64,000 bases of DNA, from NCBI RefSeq assembly GCF_001194135.2, contig NC_068984.1:11453815-11517814 (forward strand), in the 5' to 3' direction. The DNA is from Octopus bimaculoides (taxonomy: Eukaryota). The translations under genes were made by a program, and so were the position numbers. Shown here piece after piece: positions 52,881 through 64,000 of the stretch (positions are counted from its first letter, which is position 1; every line of letters starts with the position of its first letter). Under the pieces are notes generated by a model that saw only the letters and a program-made list of their open reading frames with translations, was not told the DNA's origin and did not search any database.

Positions 52881-53013
52881 TCTCACTCGAAAAAAAAAAA
52901 ATAGAGCAAACCATATGATAATTAATGATAATGTAAGAGTATTGCTTAAGGATATTTCTCATTGAAATATGCAGTTTTTTAATTTTATTTCATTTTTTTT
53001 CCTCTTTATTCAG

Positions 53014-53172
53014 GCTGAAGAGCAGTTGAAGCTGGTTGAAGAACAGCGAAAAATTTTAGAAGAGAAACAGAGAATGGAAGAGGAGGAAAGGAAACGGGTG
53101 AAACAAGAACAAGACAGAATTTTAAATAAGAAAAATGCTCGACCAAAATTATCATTCAGTTTGGGAAAATGA
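53014..53172 (+). CDS. ARGLU1: ARGLU1 terminal coding exon
   Basis: ttcag|GCT GAA... encodes AEEQLKLVEEQRKILEEKQRMEEEERKRVKQEQDRILNKKNARPKLSFSLGK*. Contains the conserved RPKLSFSL terminus. Confidence 0.97.
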   Translation, partial: AEEQLKLVEEQRKILEEKQRMEEEERKRVKQEQDRILNKKNARPKLSFSLGK

Positions 53173-55365
53173 AAGACTAACGACTGGTGTAATGTAAGAA
53201 AATCTAAAATTAGAAAGTTATTTTGTGTAGGCAATGTTGACAATAAGATACAAATTAAGGATTTGGTTATCTTTATGGAGAGCTGCTAAAGTAAAAGATT
53301 TAAAAGAGATCTGAAATAAAATTGCAGACTATACTGCAAGTTCTATTTACAGATGTCTTGGAAAAGGGAAGAAATTTTGATTGTGTTTACTGCATTGCAT
53401 TATTCATGAACTTTTTTTAAACCATAAGAACTTAATAAGGTTTTTAAAATCTGGTCTTCCTTAGAAAAAGATTCCCTTTTTCTCTTGATTATTTTTCAAG
53501 AGAAGGATTCATAATCTTATCAGGGATTAGTCGTCATGGATTAATTAAAAGAAACTTTTTTTTTTTTTATCCCTAACACCAGTTGAAAAAAAAAAAAAAG
53601 CCACAATTAGTTTAGGTTACTGGTCTGTTTTCTTTGTTGAAAGATTAAAGAACATGCATACATTTGCGTCCGTATTATGTGAAATATCAATTTCTCTTGG
53701 TCATTGATGTTTTACGAATTAGGAATGTTTTTCTGACTAATTTAAATGCCTTGTCAGAAAATTCGTTATGTAGTGAATTTGATGAGTATGTCATTGTTGA
53801 CGGTTGGTTGTTACTTTGAACAGGGGTGATTGCATTTTAATGTATTTTATTTCACTGTTGCAAATCTACTGTCTAGTTGGCACTGTAACTCCACTTGCTT
53901 TGTGGCTTTAACAACAACAATATATTCTCTTGTTATAAGGAATATAGTTGTTTACAACTAGTTCAGCTAAAAATACTTGGCTGAACTCTGTGAACAATAT
54001 CACACCAATAAGATAGGTGATGTCGCTAAAATCATCTAATGTTGAATGATGCATTGTTATAGAATAAACATTACAGCGAAATGCTGTTTTGTTTGATCAG
54101 AGTTAAAGATGCAGGGTTGGCTGGACTTTTTATTGTTAAATGGTATCGCTTGACTTGTTGCTGCTTTATAACTGCAGCCATTTCTCTCACTCCTCCATTA
54201 TAATTACTGCTCCAATTGAACAAAATGTAAAATTTCAAAATCTCTAGAAAAACGGCCATTTCTTATATTCTTTTGAATATAGATTATTGATACCTTCTTC
54301 ATTGTAAATTGTTCCTGTACATTAGTTAAACGGTACAGAACCTTTTTTTTTTTCTTAAATGTACATTTCTTGTACTTCTGGATCTCATCACCATCTTTCC
54401 TTCCCCCTACTCCCCAAACATTTTGTACAGTTTTTACATCTGTAGCAAAACTGGTTTCATTCATACATTTTGCCACTTCTCTCTCTCTCTCTCTTTCAAA
54501 AGCCCAGATGTTGTACCTTGCAGTGTTCAAATGTTGGCTTATTAAATCAGTTGAATGCTACCCAAGCTTGATCTACATTTGTACATTTTGATACTTTCAT
54601 AAATGATCTCCTTTTCATAGGAAATGCTTATTGCTTATAAGCATTTGAAAGATCTTAATTTTAATGGATATCTGATGGAAATAGATGCTGGTTCCCAAAA
54701 ATCTCTTCTATTCCTGTGCAATGAGCCATTTAATGAACAACTGGCACTGACTAATATCTGTTAGTATATACTGAACATAACGTTCTCAGGTCTACTGCTG
54801 GACCCAGCTGTATATTTCTATGCCGAGCCAAACCAAGACTTACAACATTCTGCCTACTTCAACTTTAGTGCTCTTATTTCTGAAGGTTTGGCAGTAGCTT
54901 TGAAAATTGCCTGTTTGACTACTATGTAGTCCAACTTCCCTTTGTCTTTTGTATGTACATTTTTATTTTTAAACTTGATCATTTGTCCGTTCATGCTTAA
55001 CATTATACATATAGTTAGCTTCTTTTGATACTGTCCGTTTCAGTACATTTTGATATTTAAGGACATCTGAAATTTATCTAGTTTATAACATTTTTACATT
55101 TAATTTTTCAAGAAAACAATTATAAAATAGTGATGCTTTACAAAAAGAGTGAAGTCTTGAGTCTTGGTTGTAAAATTTTTGAGCAGGTTTTTTTTTTTTT
55201 TCTTTTTTTCATCATACCATCTTCTGTAAATACACATGAAATCATTAAAGCATTTAAATGAATGTAGTTTTGCTTTTTCATTGCTTTTAAACTTATTTAA
55301 TTTGATCTTGTTTGAAAATAAAAATCAAAACATTTAATTGCAATGAAACTGTAATATAATAAAAT
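53173..55365 (+). other. Probable ARGLU1 3' UTR (~2.2 kb, repeat-free)
   Basis: No SINEs until about 55400. AATAAA at about 55317 and 55358. Confidence 0.45.
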
Positions 55366-56142
55366 GGACAATCTTAACAGTTTCTGGTAATTAACTTTCA
55401 AGCTGAGGATTTTGTATATTTCTGCTATAATTTCTTAATGTGAAAGCACATGGCCTGTAGTTAGGACATTGCCCTCATGATTTTGAGGTTGTGGTTTCAA
55501 TTTCTGGATCAGGTGTAGTGTTGATCAAAATACTTCATTTCATATTATTCTAGTCGACTCAGTTGAGATGAATTCCAGCAAAAGTTGGGGAGTTAGCCCA
55601 GGAACAGACCAGTGTTTCATTCAGGCAGGGAGTGTGATCTAAGTCACTTTATACACCATCTGACGGGCAGCCTCCCTTTGTGTTACCCACAAGACTGTGC
55701 CCTTGGCAGGGTGTCTTTATTGAGAAAACAAACAAGCACTAAGAAGAGAAGATGCTAGATAAAGGCATGCACTGGCCAAAATGATTGCAAAAGTATGGAC
55801 TGGGCACCAGAGTGTGTGGGGGTGACAAATAAAAACTAGTTGCAACCAATGATTGCACTTCACAGTTGTTCAATGAGCTAGAAATAGAAGCCAAATTCCC
55901 CTCAAAGCACACTTTATCAAATGTGTTTTAACTTTTTGTAAAATAATGTTGATGATGAATAGAATACTATATAATGGACCGTTGTGGATAGCCAGCATCT
56001 AAACCAATTTGAGAGATAATACAGTATCTGCCAGGATAACTTATCTTTTTGTAAAATAGTAATGTAGCCACAAATACACTGTATGAAGTTAAGACCGGAT
56101 GTTTACAGCTGGAATGCCTTTTGTCATTAGTCTCATCATCAT

Positions 56143-56280
56143 CATTTAACGTCCGCTTTCCATGCTAGCATGGGTTGGACGATTTGACTGAGGACTGGTG
56201 AAACCGGATGGCAACACCAGGCTCCAGTCTGATTTGGCAGAGTTTCTACAGCTGGATGCCCTTCCTAACGCCAACCACTC
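56143..56280 (-). mobile_element. Young truncated copy of the 18040/52604 subfamily
   Basis: catcatcatttaacgtccgctttccatgctagc...ccaaccactc, then an abrupt end. Confidence 0.85.
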
Positions 56281-57416
56281 AATGGAAATTGACCTAGGGT
56301 TAAATAAGTGTATATATTATATATATTGGGCAATGTTTCTTACATTCAGTGTTTCATAAGCAACTTAAGTATTTCACAAGCTCTCATCTCTAAGCAGCAA
56401 CCAGTTTCTAATTTTATCTCAAAAAAAATCAATGAAGTTGGTAATAAAAGCACAGTGATAAATGAAAGTAAAACTGGTATAACTGGTGGATTGAATCTTA
56501 ATCCTAATAACTTTTTTTTTAATTATATTTTGTTCCTTTTGAAGGGAACATGGAGGAAAAGTTTAATGTTATAATGAAGATGCAACAGATCAAAAGATCT
56601 TTCTTCGATCAGCTATTTTTAAATTGGACACAAAGAGAATATAAAATTTAATTTACAAGCGATGTTTTGGTTGTCGTGTTGTTTTCAATGTTAACAGTAA
56701 TTCAGTGAAATATCAGTAGTTTGTAATCATGCAACCCTTTTGTAACTGACAGTTTTAATACCATGACATAGCATGTTTGAAATGATTCAATAGTAGCTGT
56801 TTTGCCAACATTATTTGTAATATGCAGCTTGGATTTTTGTCCCTCAGTCGAATTGCTTAAAATCTTTAACTAAAAAAAAAAGGGGAAAAACAAGCCAAAA
56901 TATACCAGCCATGTTAGTCCAGTTGAGAAGTACTTGCTTAAGTTATAAATCCTAAAATTTCAAAAGCATACTTCTGTTGATTATCATGATGAGTGTAAAG
57001 TGACAGTGGAAGATAAAATGAGATTCCTGTTAGTTTAAAATCCTTTGCAATTTGTTATACTTTTAAGTCTTTGAACAGTTCACATCAGTAGTCGTGTTTT
57101 TTTTGTTTTGGAGTGGGGTTGTCTTTAAGATAATGCTGGAAGTTATAGGTTTGAAATTTCTATTTTATAAATATCACAGTTTTATGCTTTAGGATAAACA
57201 ACAAATATATTATGTAGCAATGTTTGATACCAAATAATTTTCAGTATATTGGTATTTAAGAATGTTGATAATGGTGCTTCAGCAGAGCTACAGCCAAGAG
57301 GTTGAAATCTGTACAAGAATTGTTCAGAAATAGGAACCCAAAGGGTTTGGGGGTCCTCAGAGATGTAAATAATTAAATATATATTTAAAGGGCTTAGATG
57401 ATTGAAGTCTTTCGTG

Positions 57417-57547
57417 TTAGGATTTTGATTGGTCTATGTGAGATTCCATCGAAGGACTTTTTTTGGGTTCTGTACAAAAAAATCTGGAAATGAAACTTTC
57501 ACTGCGACTTCGTGAAACTTGATCAGGCGGAGGCATAGAGGGAGTTT
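57417..57547 (-). CDS. HDAC11: Probable HDAC11 terminal exon (non-conserved tail)
   Basis: Acceptor ctcttctcttttccag. The phase-1 join with donor G|gtaaga at 58898 gives ETPSMPPPDQVSRSRSESFISRFFCTEPKKSPSMESHIDQSKS*. No homology support. Confidence 0.6.
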
Positions 57548-58089
57548 CTGGAAAAGAGAAGAGTAATGAGATAAATTAGAGGGATTGACTTTTGGGATTT
57601 GTAGATTAATAGTTGATTAGCAAATACTGTTACATGTTTTATTGATACTTCCAGAAAATTTGGCATTAACCAGTGAATCCTATGATAAGTGCTTGCACCA
57701 AACATCAAGATATTGAAAAAGCATCTGAAATTTCATAATGAAAAGTAATTAGTTTTTAATTAGAGAGTTTGTTTTTTCATGTATTTAATAAGTGATAGCT
57801 CTGTAAAATCCAGTTCTATAAAAACAGTATTGCACTTTACATCTTCCAGCACCACACCAAGTATGGCTGCTAGTTACATTCATCTGTAAAGTGAGTGGCA
57901 TTAGGAAGGGGATCCAACTGTAGAGACTATGTCAAAATAGATAATGGAGCTTGGTCGTGTGTTTTGACTTGGTTTCTATGGTTATGTGCTCTGCCTAATG
58001 TCAACCACTTTACAGAATGTACTGGGTGCTTTTTACATAGCACCAACAGGGTAACAGAGTAACTTGCAAAATAAAAAAAAACTAGGAAG

Positions 58090-58512
58090 GGAGTTATATA
58101 AATATAGCTATGGAAGAGGAAGACCTGGAATGAGGTGGTGAAGCATGACCTTCGAACGTTGGACATCACAGAGGCAATGACAAGTGACCGAGACCTTTGG
58201 AGATATGCTGTGCTTGAGAAGACCCGGCAAGCCAAGTGAGATCGTAGCCATGGCTGATGCCGGTGTCGCATAACCAGCCCATTTAAAAGTACCCTTCAAT
58301 CATCGGAATATACTGTGCATGGCCGATGCCAGTGGCACGTAAAAAGCACCCACTACATTCTTGGAGTGGTTGGCGTTCGGAAGGGCATCCAGCTATAGAA
58401 ACCTTACCAGATCAGATTGGAACCTGGTACAGCCTCTTGGTTTACCAGTCCTCAGTCAAACCGTCCAACCCATGCCAGCATGGAAAGTAGACATTAAACG
58501 ATGATGATGATA
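58090..58512 (+). mobile_element. 5'-truncated RTE-clade LINE retaining the ORF C-terminus
   Basis: RKTWNEVVKHDLRTLDITEAMTSDRDLWRYAVLEKTRQAK*, then 3' UTR and a (GAT)n tail. Confidence 0.85.
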
Positions 58513-58897
58513 TAGCTGAAATTTATAGAATAACAAAAGACAAAGACAGGTGTATGAACAACAATCAAGTGTATTAGTTTGATGCTCAGGAAATATATAT
58601 ATACACATACATATACACACATGTACAGGTATGGCAGTATGGTAATAAGTTTGCTTCCCAACTGCATATATATATATGGTGGGTTTCTTTGTTTTTGTTT
58701 ACCAAATCTACTCACTAGCCGCTAGGGTAGAAAACATTTGCTGAAGGTGCTGTGTAGTAGGACTGAACCCAAGACCAGATAGTTGAGAAGCTTGCTTCTC
58801 TTCTTAACCATAGAGCTACACCTGCATCTTTAAACTAATAAAATATTAGAATGGTTAGTTTTACCATTTCTTCAATGCAAAACAAAATAGTTCTTAC

Positions 58898-59078
58898 CAA
58901 GTGCTTGGTGGTGCCTTGCTTCCTGACAGTCAATGAGTTGGTTTCGATGTAGATTCAGAATAGAATTAGCAATTATACGTGCATTGTTTCTCATGTAGCC
59001 ACCACTTGTCAACATAATTATAGGAATGTTACGTGATCTCACAGCTTCAAATACAATGTAATCTCGTTTAATTACTCC
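58898..59078 (-). CDS. HDAC11: HDAC11 exon with the SGGY catalytic Tyr
   Basis: tttag|GGA GTA... encodes GVIKRDYIVFEAVRSRNIPIIMLTSGGYMRNNARIIANSILNLHRNQLIDCQEARHHQAL. Read-through would stop at 58872. Confidence 0.93.
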
Positions 59079-59515
59079 CTAAATAAATAGAACAGGGGAA
59101 AATCTCAAAACTAACACAAATTTGGTTAACATTCAATTTAACATAATAATTTAATTATAACAGATAATGGACAATTATTAAGGTCAAGTTATTATTTTAT
59201 TATAATTAAGAGAAAGTTCATAAGGTTAATGGTTTTATCTTTTACTTGTTTCTGTTATTAGACTGTAGCCATGCTGGGGCACCACTTTGAAGAATTTTTA
59301 GTCAAATGAATCAACACAAGTACTTTCAAATTTTGGCACAAGGCCAGCAATTTCAAGGAGGGGGAGTAAGTCAATTCCATCAACCTCAGTGCTCAGATGA
59401 TACTATTTTATTAACCCCAAAAGGATGGAATGTTGCTAAGCAATTTGCCTAGCATGCTAATGGTTCTGCCTGAACTAAGAGGAAAGTAGATAAGTTATGA
59501 TATTTTCCTACATAC

Positions 59516-59624
59516 CGCTGGTGAGATGGCAAGATTTCCTAGAGGATCTCCATCTAAAATGTCAGTCCCCGCATTATAAATAACAACATCTGCATCAAAC
59601 TCATTTAAGGCTCCATGGACATTT
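59516..59624 (-). CDS. HDAC11: HDAC11 exon with the Zn-ligand GTD
   Basis: Encodes NVHGALNEFDADVVIYNAGTDILDGDPLGNLAISPA, donor gtatgt. Confidence 0.95.
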
Positions 59625-60214
59625 CTAAATGAACAACAGATAAAACAAAGATTGATATTAAGTTGTTTGAAAATTAACATTTATTTATATACAATACATA
59701 CTGATGTAAAATGTATACCCCTATTTATGAGTAAAGAAGTGTTTAGTCAGATTTAGTATAATTGCTATCTAAAATACAGTGAAAACAAATTAACATATCG
59801 TAAACAAAAAGCAAATATAAAAATGATATTTAGACTTTACTATTGTGAGCTGTAAAAGTGCACCTGAAGTAAAACCAAAGTTGTAGCAATTAAGCAATCA
59901 TGTTTGCTTATATAAAATACAAAAATACAGGAACACACATGCACGGTGGCTGATTTTCCTCGTCACACTTTAGACAAGGGTCTTATATGTGCACAATGAA
60001 TGCACATACAAGATTTTTGGCAAGCAATGAGTAAAGGAACACTATAGAAAGAAGGAGAAAACGTAAATGACAGGAGTTATGATTTCTGGGAAGACTGCAA
60101 AATAACAACTGATGTTGTATGATGATGACATTTGTTTACAAGTGCAATGTCAAGATAAAGACACACACACACACATATAGTAACAGAGAAATAAAACTAC
60201 AAAACTTTACTCAC

Positions 60215-60284
60215 ACTGAAACAGAATTAAGATATTCTTCATCAGCCGTGAAAGGTTCAAGTTCTACTTTTCTCTTGATGGCTT
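60215..60284 (-). CDS. HDAC11: HDAC11 exon
   Basis: ttccag|AA GCC ATC... encodes AIKRKVELEPFTADEEYLNSVS, donor GT|gtgagt. Phases 1 and 2 fit the neighbours. Confidence 0.92.
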
Positions 60285-61215
60285 CTGGAAAGATATAAAT
60301 ATTGATAAGAAATTTAATCAGATATAAAAGCACTTCATCATTGAGCTAATTACACAGTCATATCTTTTCTTTTATCTTTCAATTGTTGCAGTCACTGGAT
60401 AGTGGCCATGCTGGGGCATCACCTTGAAGGGTTTAGCCGAACAAATTGACGCCAGTGCTTATTTTCTGAGTCTGATACTTGTTTTATCGGTCCCTTATAC
60501 TGAGTCTCTAAGTCACAGGGACTTAGTGAAACCAAATGCAGTTGTCAAGCAGTGGAGGGGGGACACAAAAGACACACCCATACGACAGGCTTCAATACAC
60601 ACACAAATGCCGGTGGTATGTAAAAGCATCCATTACACTCTCAGAGTGGTTGACTTTAGGAAAGGCATCCAGCCATAGAAACCACGCCAAAACAGGCTGG
60701 AGCCTGGTGCAGCCTTCCAGCTTGCCAGCCCTGGTCAAACCATCTGACCCAAACCAGCATGGACAATGAATGTTAAATGACAATGATGATGATGATAAAT
60801 CTACCGACAAAGCTTTTGTTGGCCTGGGGCTATAATAATAATAATAATGAAATTATTGTTTAGGTGCACTATAACTCATCAAAGGTGCATGTACAGTACA
60901 TAGAATTGTATACAAATGTCAGGAAAGCGAACAGTGTATGAGTCATGATACACATGAGTGCATGCGTATGGGGCAGGGGATATCAGGTGTAGTATTGGCG
61001 AATTTCAGGAAGCATGAAGGTGACATTTGTCCAGGTGTTGCACAGTGGGACTGAACCTGAAATTACATGGTTGAAAAGTGAGCTTCTTAACCATGCAGCT
61101 AGGCTTGCATCCTATTCAACTTTATCGCACAAAATAGACTTTGCAAATGCCAAACATAATAAGGTTTAATGAAAGTAACTCAACATCAAATCATGATTTT
61201 GCAAAATGTGCTCAC

Positions 61216-61318
61216 TTTTAGCATAGCCATCAAATGGATAGATCTTTCTGTTGTAAATATCCAAGATATAGACATCATTGTCATCAGCTTCAAGTACATC
61301 TCTCTGGTATCCATTGCC
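61216..61318 (-). CDS. HDAC11: HDAC11 exon
   Basis: Encodes GNGYQRDVLEADDNDVYILDIYNRKIYPFDGYAK, donor gtgagc. Confidence 0.94.
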
Positions 61319-61437
61319 CTGGAAAATAGGAGTAACATTTTAAGGAGAGGTTTTGATGGGAAGAAAACATATGTCTTGTGAGAGAGAGAAATCCATTGAA
61401 AGTGGGGAAAAGGGGAGAAAGAAGAAGTCATTTTTAC

Positions 61438-61617
61438 CTGATGAGCATCAAGGTCTACAATTAATATTTTTCTAATCTTATGTCTGTCTCTCATGAATTT
61501 CATTGTAAGTGTAATATCAGCATAAGCACAAAATCCACCCCCTTTCTTGGCTGAACAGTGATGGAATCCACCACCAAGATTTATTGACCAGCCACGCTTA
61601 AGAGCAAGTTCACCAGC
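61438..61617 (-). CDS. HDAC11: HDAC11 exon with the GGGFHH and DLDAHQ active-site motifs
   Basis: Encodes AGELALKRGWSINLGGGFHHCSAKKGGGFCAYADITLTMKFMRDRHKIRKILIVDLDAHQ. Confidence 0.97.
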
Positions 61618-62793
61618 CTGCAACAAGAGAACAGAGTCATTAGAAATTAAGACAATGATATATGTTAAAAGGAAAATGATAAAAAAATTTCTCACTGTAG
61701 TACAAGGCTAGACATTTGTAAGAGAGGGGAAGAGTCTATTAAATCGACTACATCATAAATACAAAGTTTATTGATTGTAGAGAAATAGAAGACAACTTTG
61801 GTAGGATCTGACTCAGAATGTGGAGCACTGAATTATTCTGCCACTCCATGTAATAATTATAGTGATATTGGTTTCAGATTTTGGCACAAAGTCAGCAATT
61901 TGGGGCAGAGGGGTAAGTTGATTATATCAACCCCAGGGCTCAACTGGTGCTTATTTTATCAACCTCAAACGGACAAAAGGCGAAATTGATCCCAGTGGTA
62001 TTTGAACTCAGAACATGAAGTGAGAAGAAATGCCACTAAGCATTCTGTCCAGTATGTTTAATGATCTGCCAACCCATTGCTTCATAATGATATTAATAAT
62101 ACATTAAAGTAATGAAAAACAGAAGGGTCTATAATTGATACTCTTGCCTAGATCATATGCAAGAAATTATCAAAAAAATGTAATGACCCAAATGGGAAAT
62201 CATACAAAGAGAATTAGACAACACTGCATCGTTTAAACTGAACAACTTGTTACAGTTAGAATATACATATATCTACAACCATGCAAACTAGTTACATCTA
62301 TTGGGATGTGTATGTGTGTGTGTAATTTATTTAGTGATCCAGTGGTTTGTTACTCTGGAGATTCCACAGCATGCCACCACTTCCTCAAGTCAAAGTGGGT
62401 CGTGTGTGTGCGTGCACGTTTGTGTACATAAACACTACTAAATTATCAAGAAATATTAAATACAAACATTTATTAAAATGCTGTCATTGAAAACAACCAA
62501 TTTACGGTTTTTCAATGAAGGAGACTCTACATGATCATTTGATCTGTTAGAAATAGCAGCCAAATCTCCCTCAAACTACATGTTAGCATCCTGTTAAGAG
62601 GCAGACACATTAGATAATGTAGTCCTAGATACTCAATGCCTGAGAGAAATATGGGACTGTCATCAGTAGAATCATAGGTCTGCTTGATCACTACTCACCT
62701 GGCACTAAGCAACAGCTCAAATATATGATTGTGCTAAGAAAAATATAAGAAAACCACAAATAAATTATTACTAAAGACTGAAAAGGTCTTTCT

Positions 62794-63023
62794 TTAACCC
62801 TTTAGCATTTAAACTGACAATATCTGACCTAAATATTCCACCTGTTTTATGTTCAGACCAGCCAGATCTAACCTCTCACACCAACCCAACAATATCACTT
62901 TAAAAATATACAATCACATCATTGAAACCTCAAAGCTGTGAGATATAGCATGATTATTTCAAAACAAAATGAAAAAAATAAGCATTACAAATTGATAGAA
63001 TAACCTAAATGCTAAAGGGTCAA
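62794..63023 (+). mobile_element. piggyBac-type MITE
   Basis: TTAA-CCCTTTAGCATTT ... AAATGCTAAAGGG-TCAA. Confidence 0.75.
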
Positions 63024-63596
63024 CATACCGATCTCCTCTGGTTTTAACAATGTGTTTGTGTGTGAAGACATTGGGAAATGGCAAAATATGTGCAGAGGAT
63101 GCAGGCAGAAACTATTATAAGTCATGTTAGAATTTGAAATATCTTAGCATAATCATCATTCAGCATCTGCTTTCTATACTGGCATAGGTTGGACGGTTTG
63201 GCAGAATCTGGCAAGCCCCAATGTCAACTTTGGTACAATTTCTATAGCTAGATGCCCTTTCTACTGCCAACCACTCCACAGTGTGTACTAGGTGCTCCTT
63301 TTGTGCCATTGGCACTAATGAGGTCACCAGGTAACTTACGAAGATTAAAAAAACTCCCTTGGTTACATGACGGAGGTGACTTTATGCCAGGTAACATTAC
63401 AACCAAAATTTTAATAACATTAATACTTTACTACATACACTAACATTGTTTGTGACAGATTGAATTAAGAAATGAAACAAGCCTTTTTCAGAAAGTGTAG
63501 TATTGTTTGGGAGACTAGTTTAATTTAATTAAAAAATTACTTTCGGACCAGCTGATTTCAACATGGAAAGATCAGAAAACAAAATTAACAGCTTAC

Positions 63597-63713
63597 CAGA
63601 ATGGTGCCACCTGTCTGATATCTGAATGGCTGAAGAACATAGCGCTGTACTAAGAAGTTTGGCATAATGGCCACAGGTGGAATTTCAACAATCCTTGCAA
63701 CATTTAATCCAGT
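63597..63713 (-). CDS. HDAC11: HDAC11 exon (vertebrate exon 4 equivalent); upstream exons lie outside the window
   Basis: tttcag|ACT GGA... encodes TGLNVARIVEIPPVAIMPNFLVQRYVLQPFRYQTGGTIL, donor gtaagc. 117 nt. Confidence 0.95.
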
Positions 63714-64000
63714 CTGAAATAAATGAAAAGACATTATTAAATTTTGTTAAAATGTAAGTTCATGAGTACAACGATTGGAGAAGTTTGTCCTGATATTTAC
63801 AAAAGCTTAAAAACACAATGGCTGGAAGAAATTTCAAGAAGCCATGAAAATCCCCAACAACAAATCTGTCCCTTTATTTTCCATTCACCCTCTAAGGTGA
63901 GGGAAATCTTTAGTCTTATGCATTTCAAGGAAACCCCACTAGTGATGGTACATCGTCATCATTTAAAATCTGTTTTCTATGCTGGCATGAGTTGCACAGT

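Noticed and set aside
57523-57724. Alternative HDAC11 acceptor at 57724 and ORF 57523-57708
   Set aside because: Weak pyrimidine tract and an immediate stop (DAFSIS*). The acceptor at 57548 is much stronger.

Overview
AT-rich, repeat-dense animal genomic DNA from a gapped draft scaffold with 7 N-runs. The tRNA-head SINEs, (GAT)n-tailed RTE-type repeats and TA/CA microsatellites suggest an octopus-like cephalopod (inference). Three spliced genes were assembled by hand from GT-AG exons with consistent phases, mostly missed by the ORF track. (1) The 3' five coding exons of SUMF1 (formylglycine-generating enzyme, +, 1984-15729). (2) A complete 5-exon ARGLU1 (+, 24791-53172, 254 aa). (3) The 3' seven exons of HDAC11 (-, 63713-57417), convergent with ARGLU1. 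Introns hold a near-full-length dead mariner, a second mariner fragment, many SINE/LINE remnants, and hAT- and piggyBac-type MITEs. Best leads: a candidate cassette/poison exon in a transposon-free intron of ARGLU1, at the position of the vertebrate autoregulatory ultraconserved intron; a tRNA-Thr-like cloverleaf caged in a 118-bp near-perfect inverted repeat; and a probable lineage-specific C-terminal exon of HDAC11. Repeat boundaries are approximate unless a TSD or TIR is quoted.
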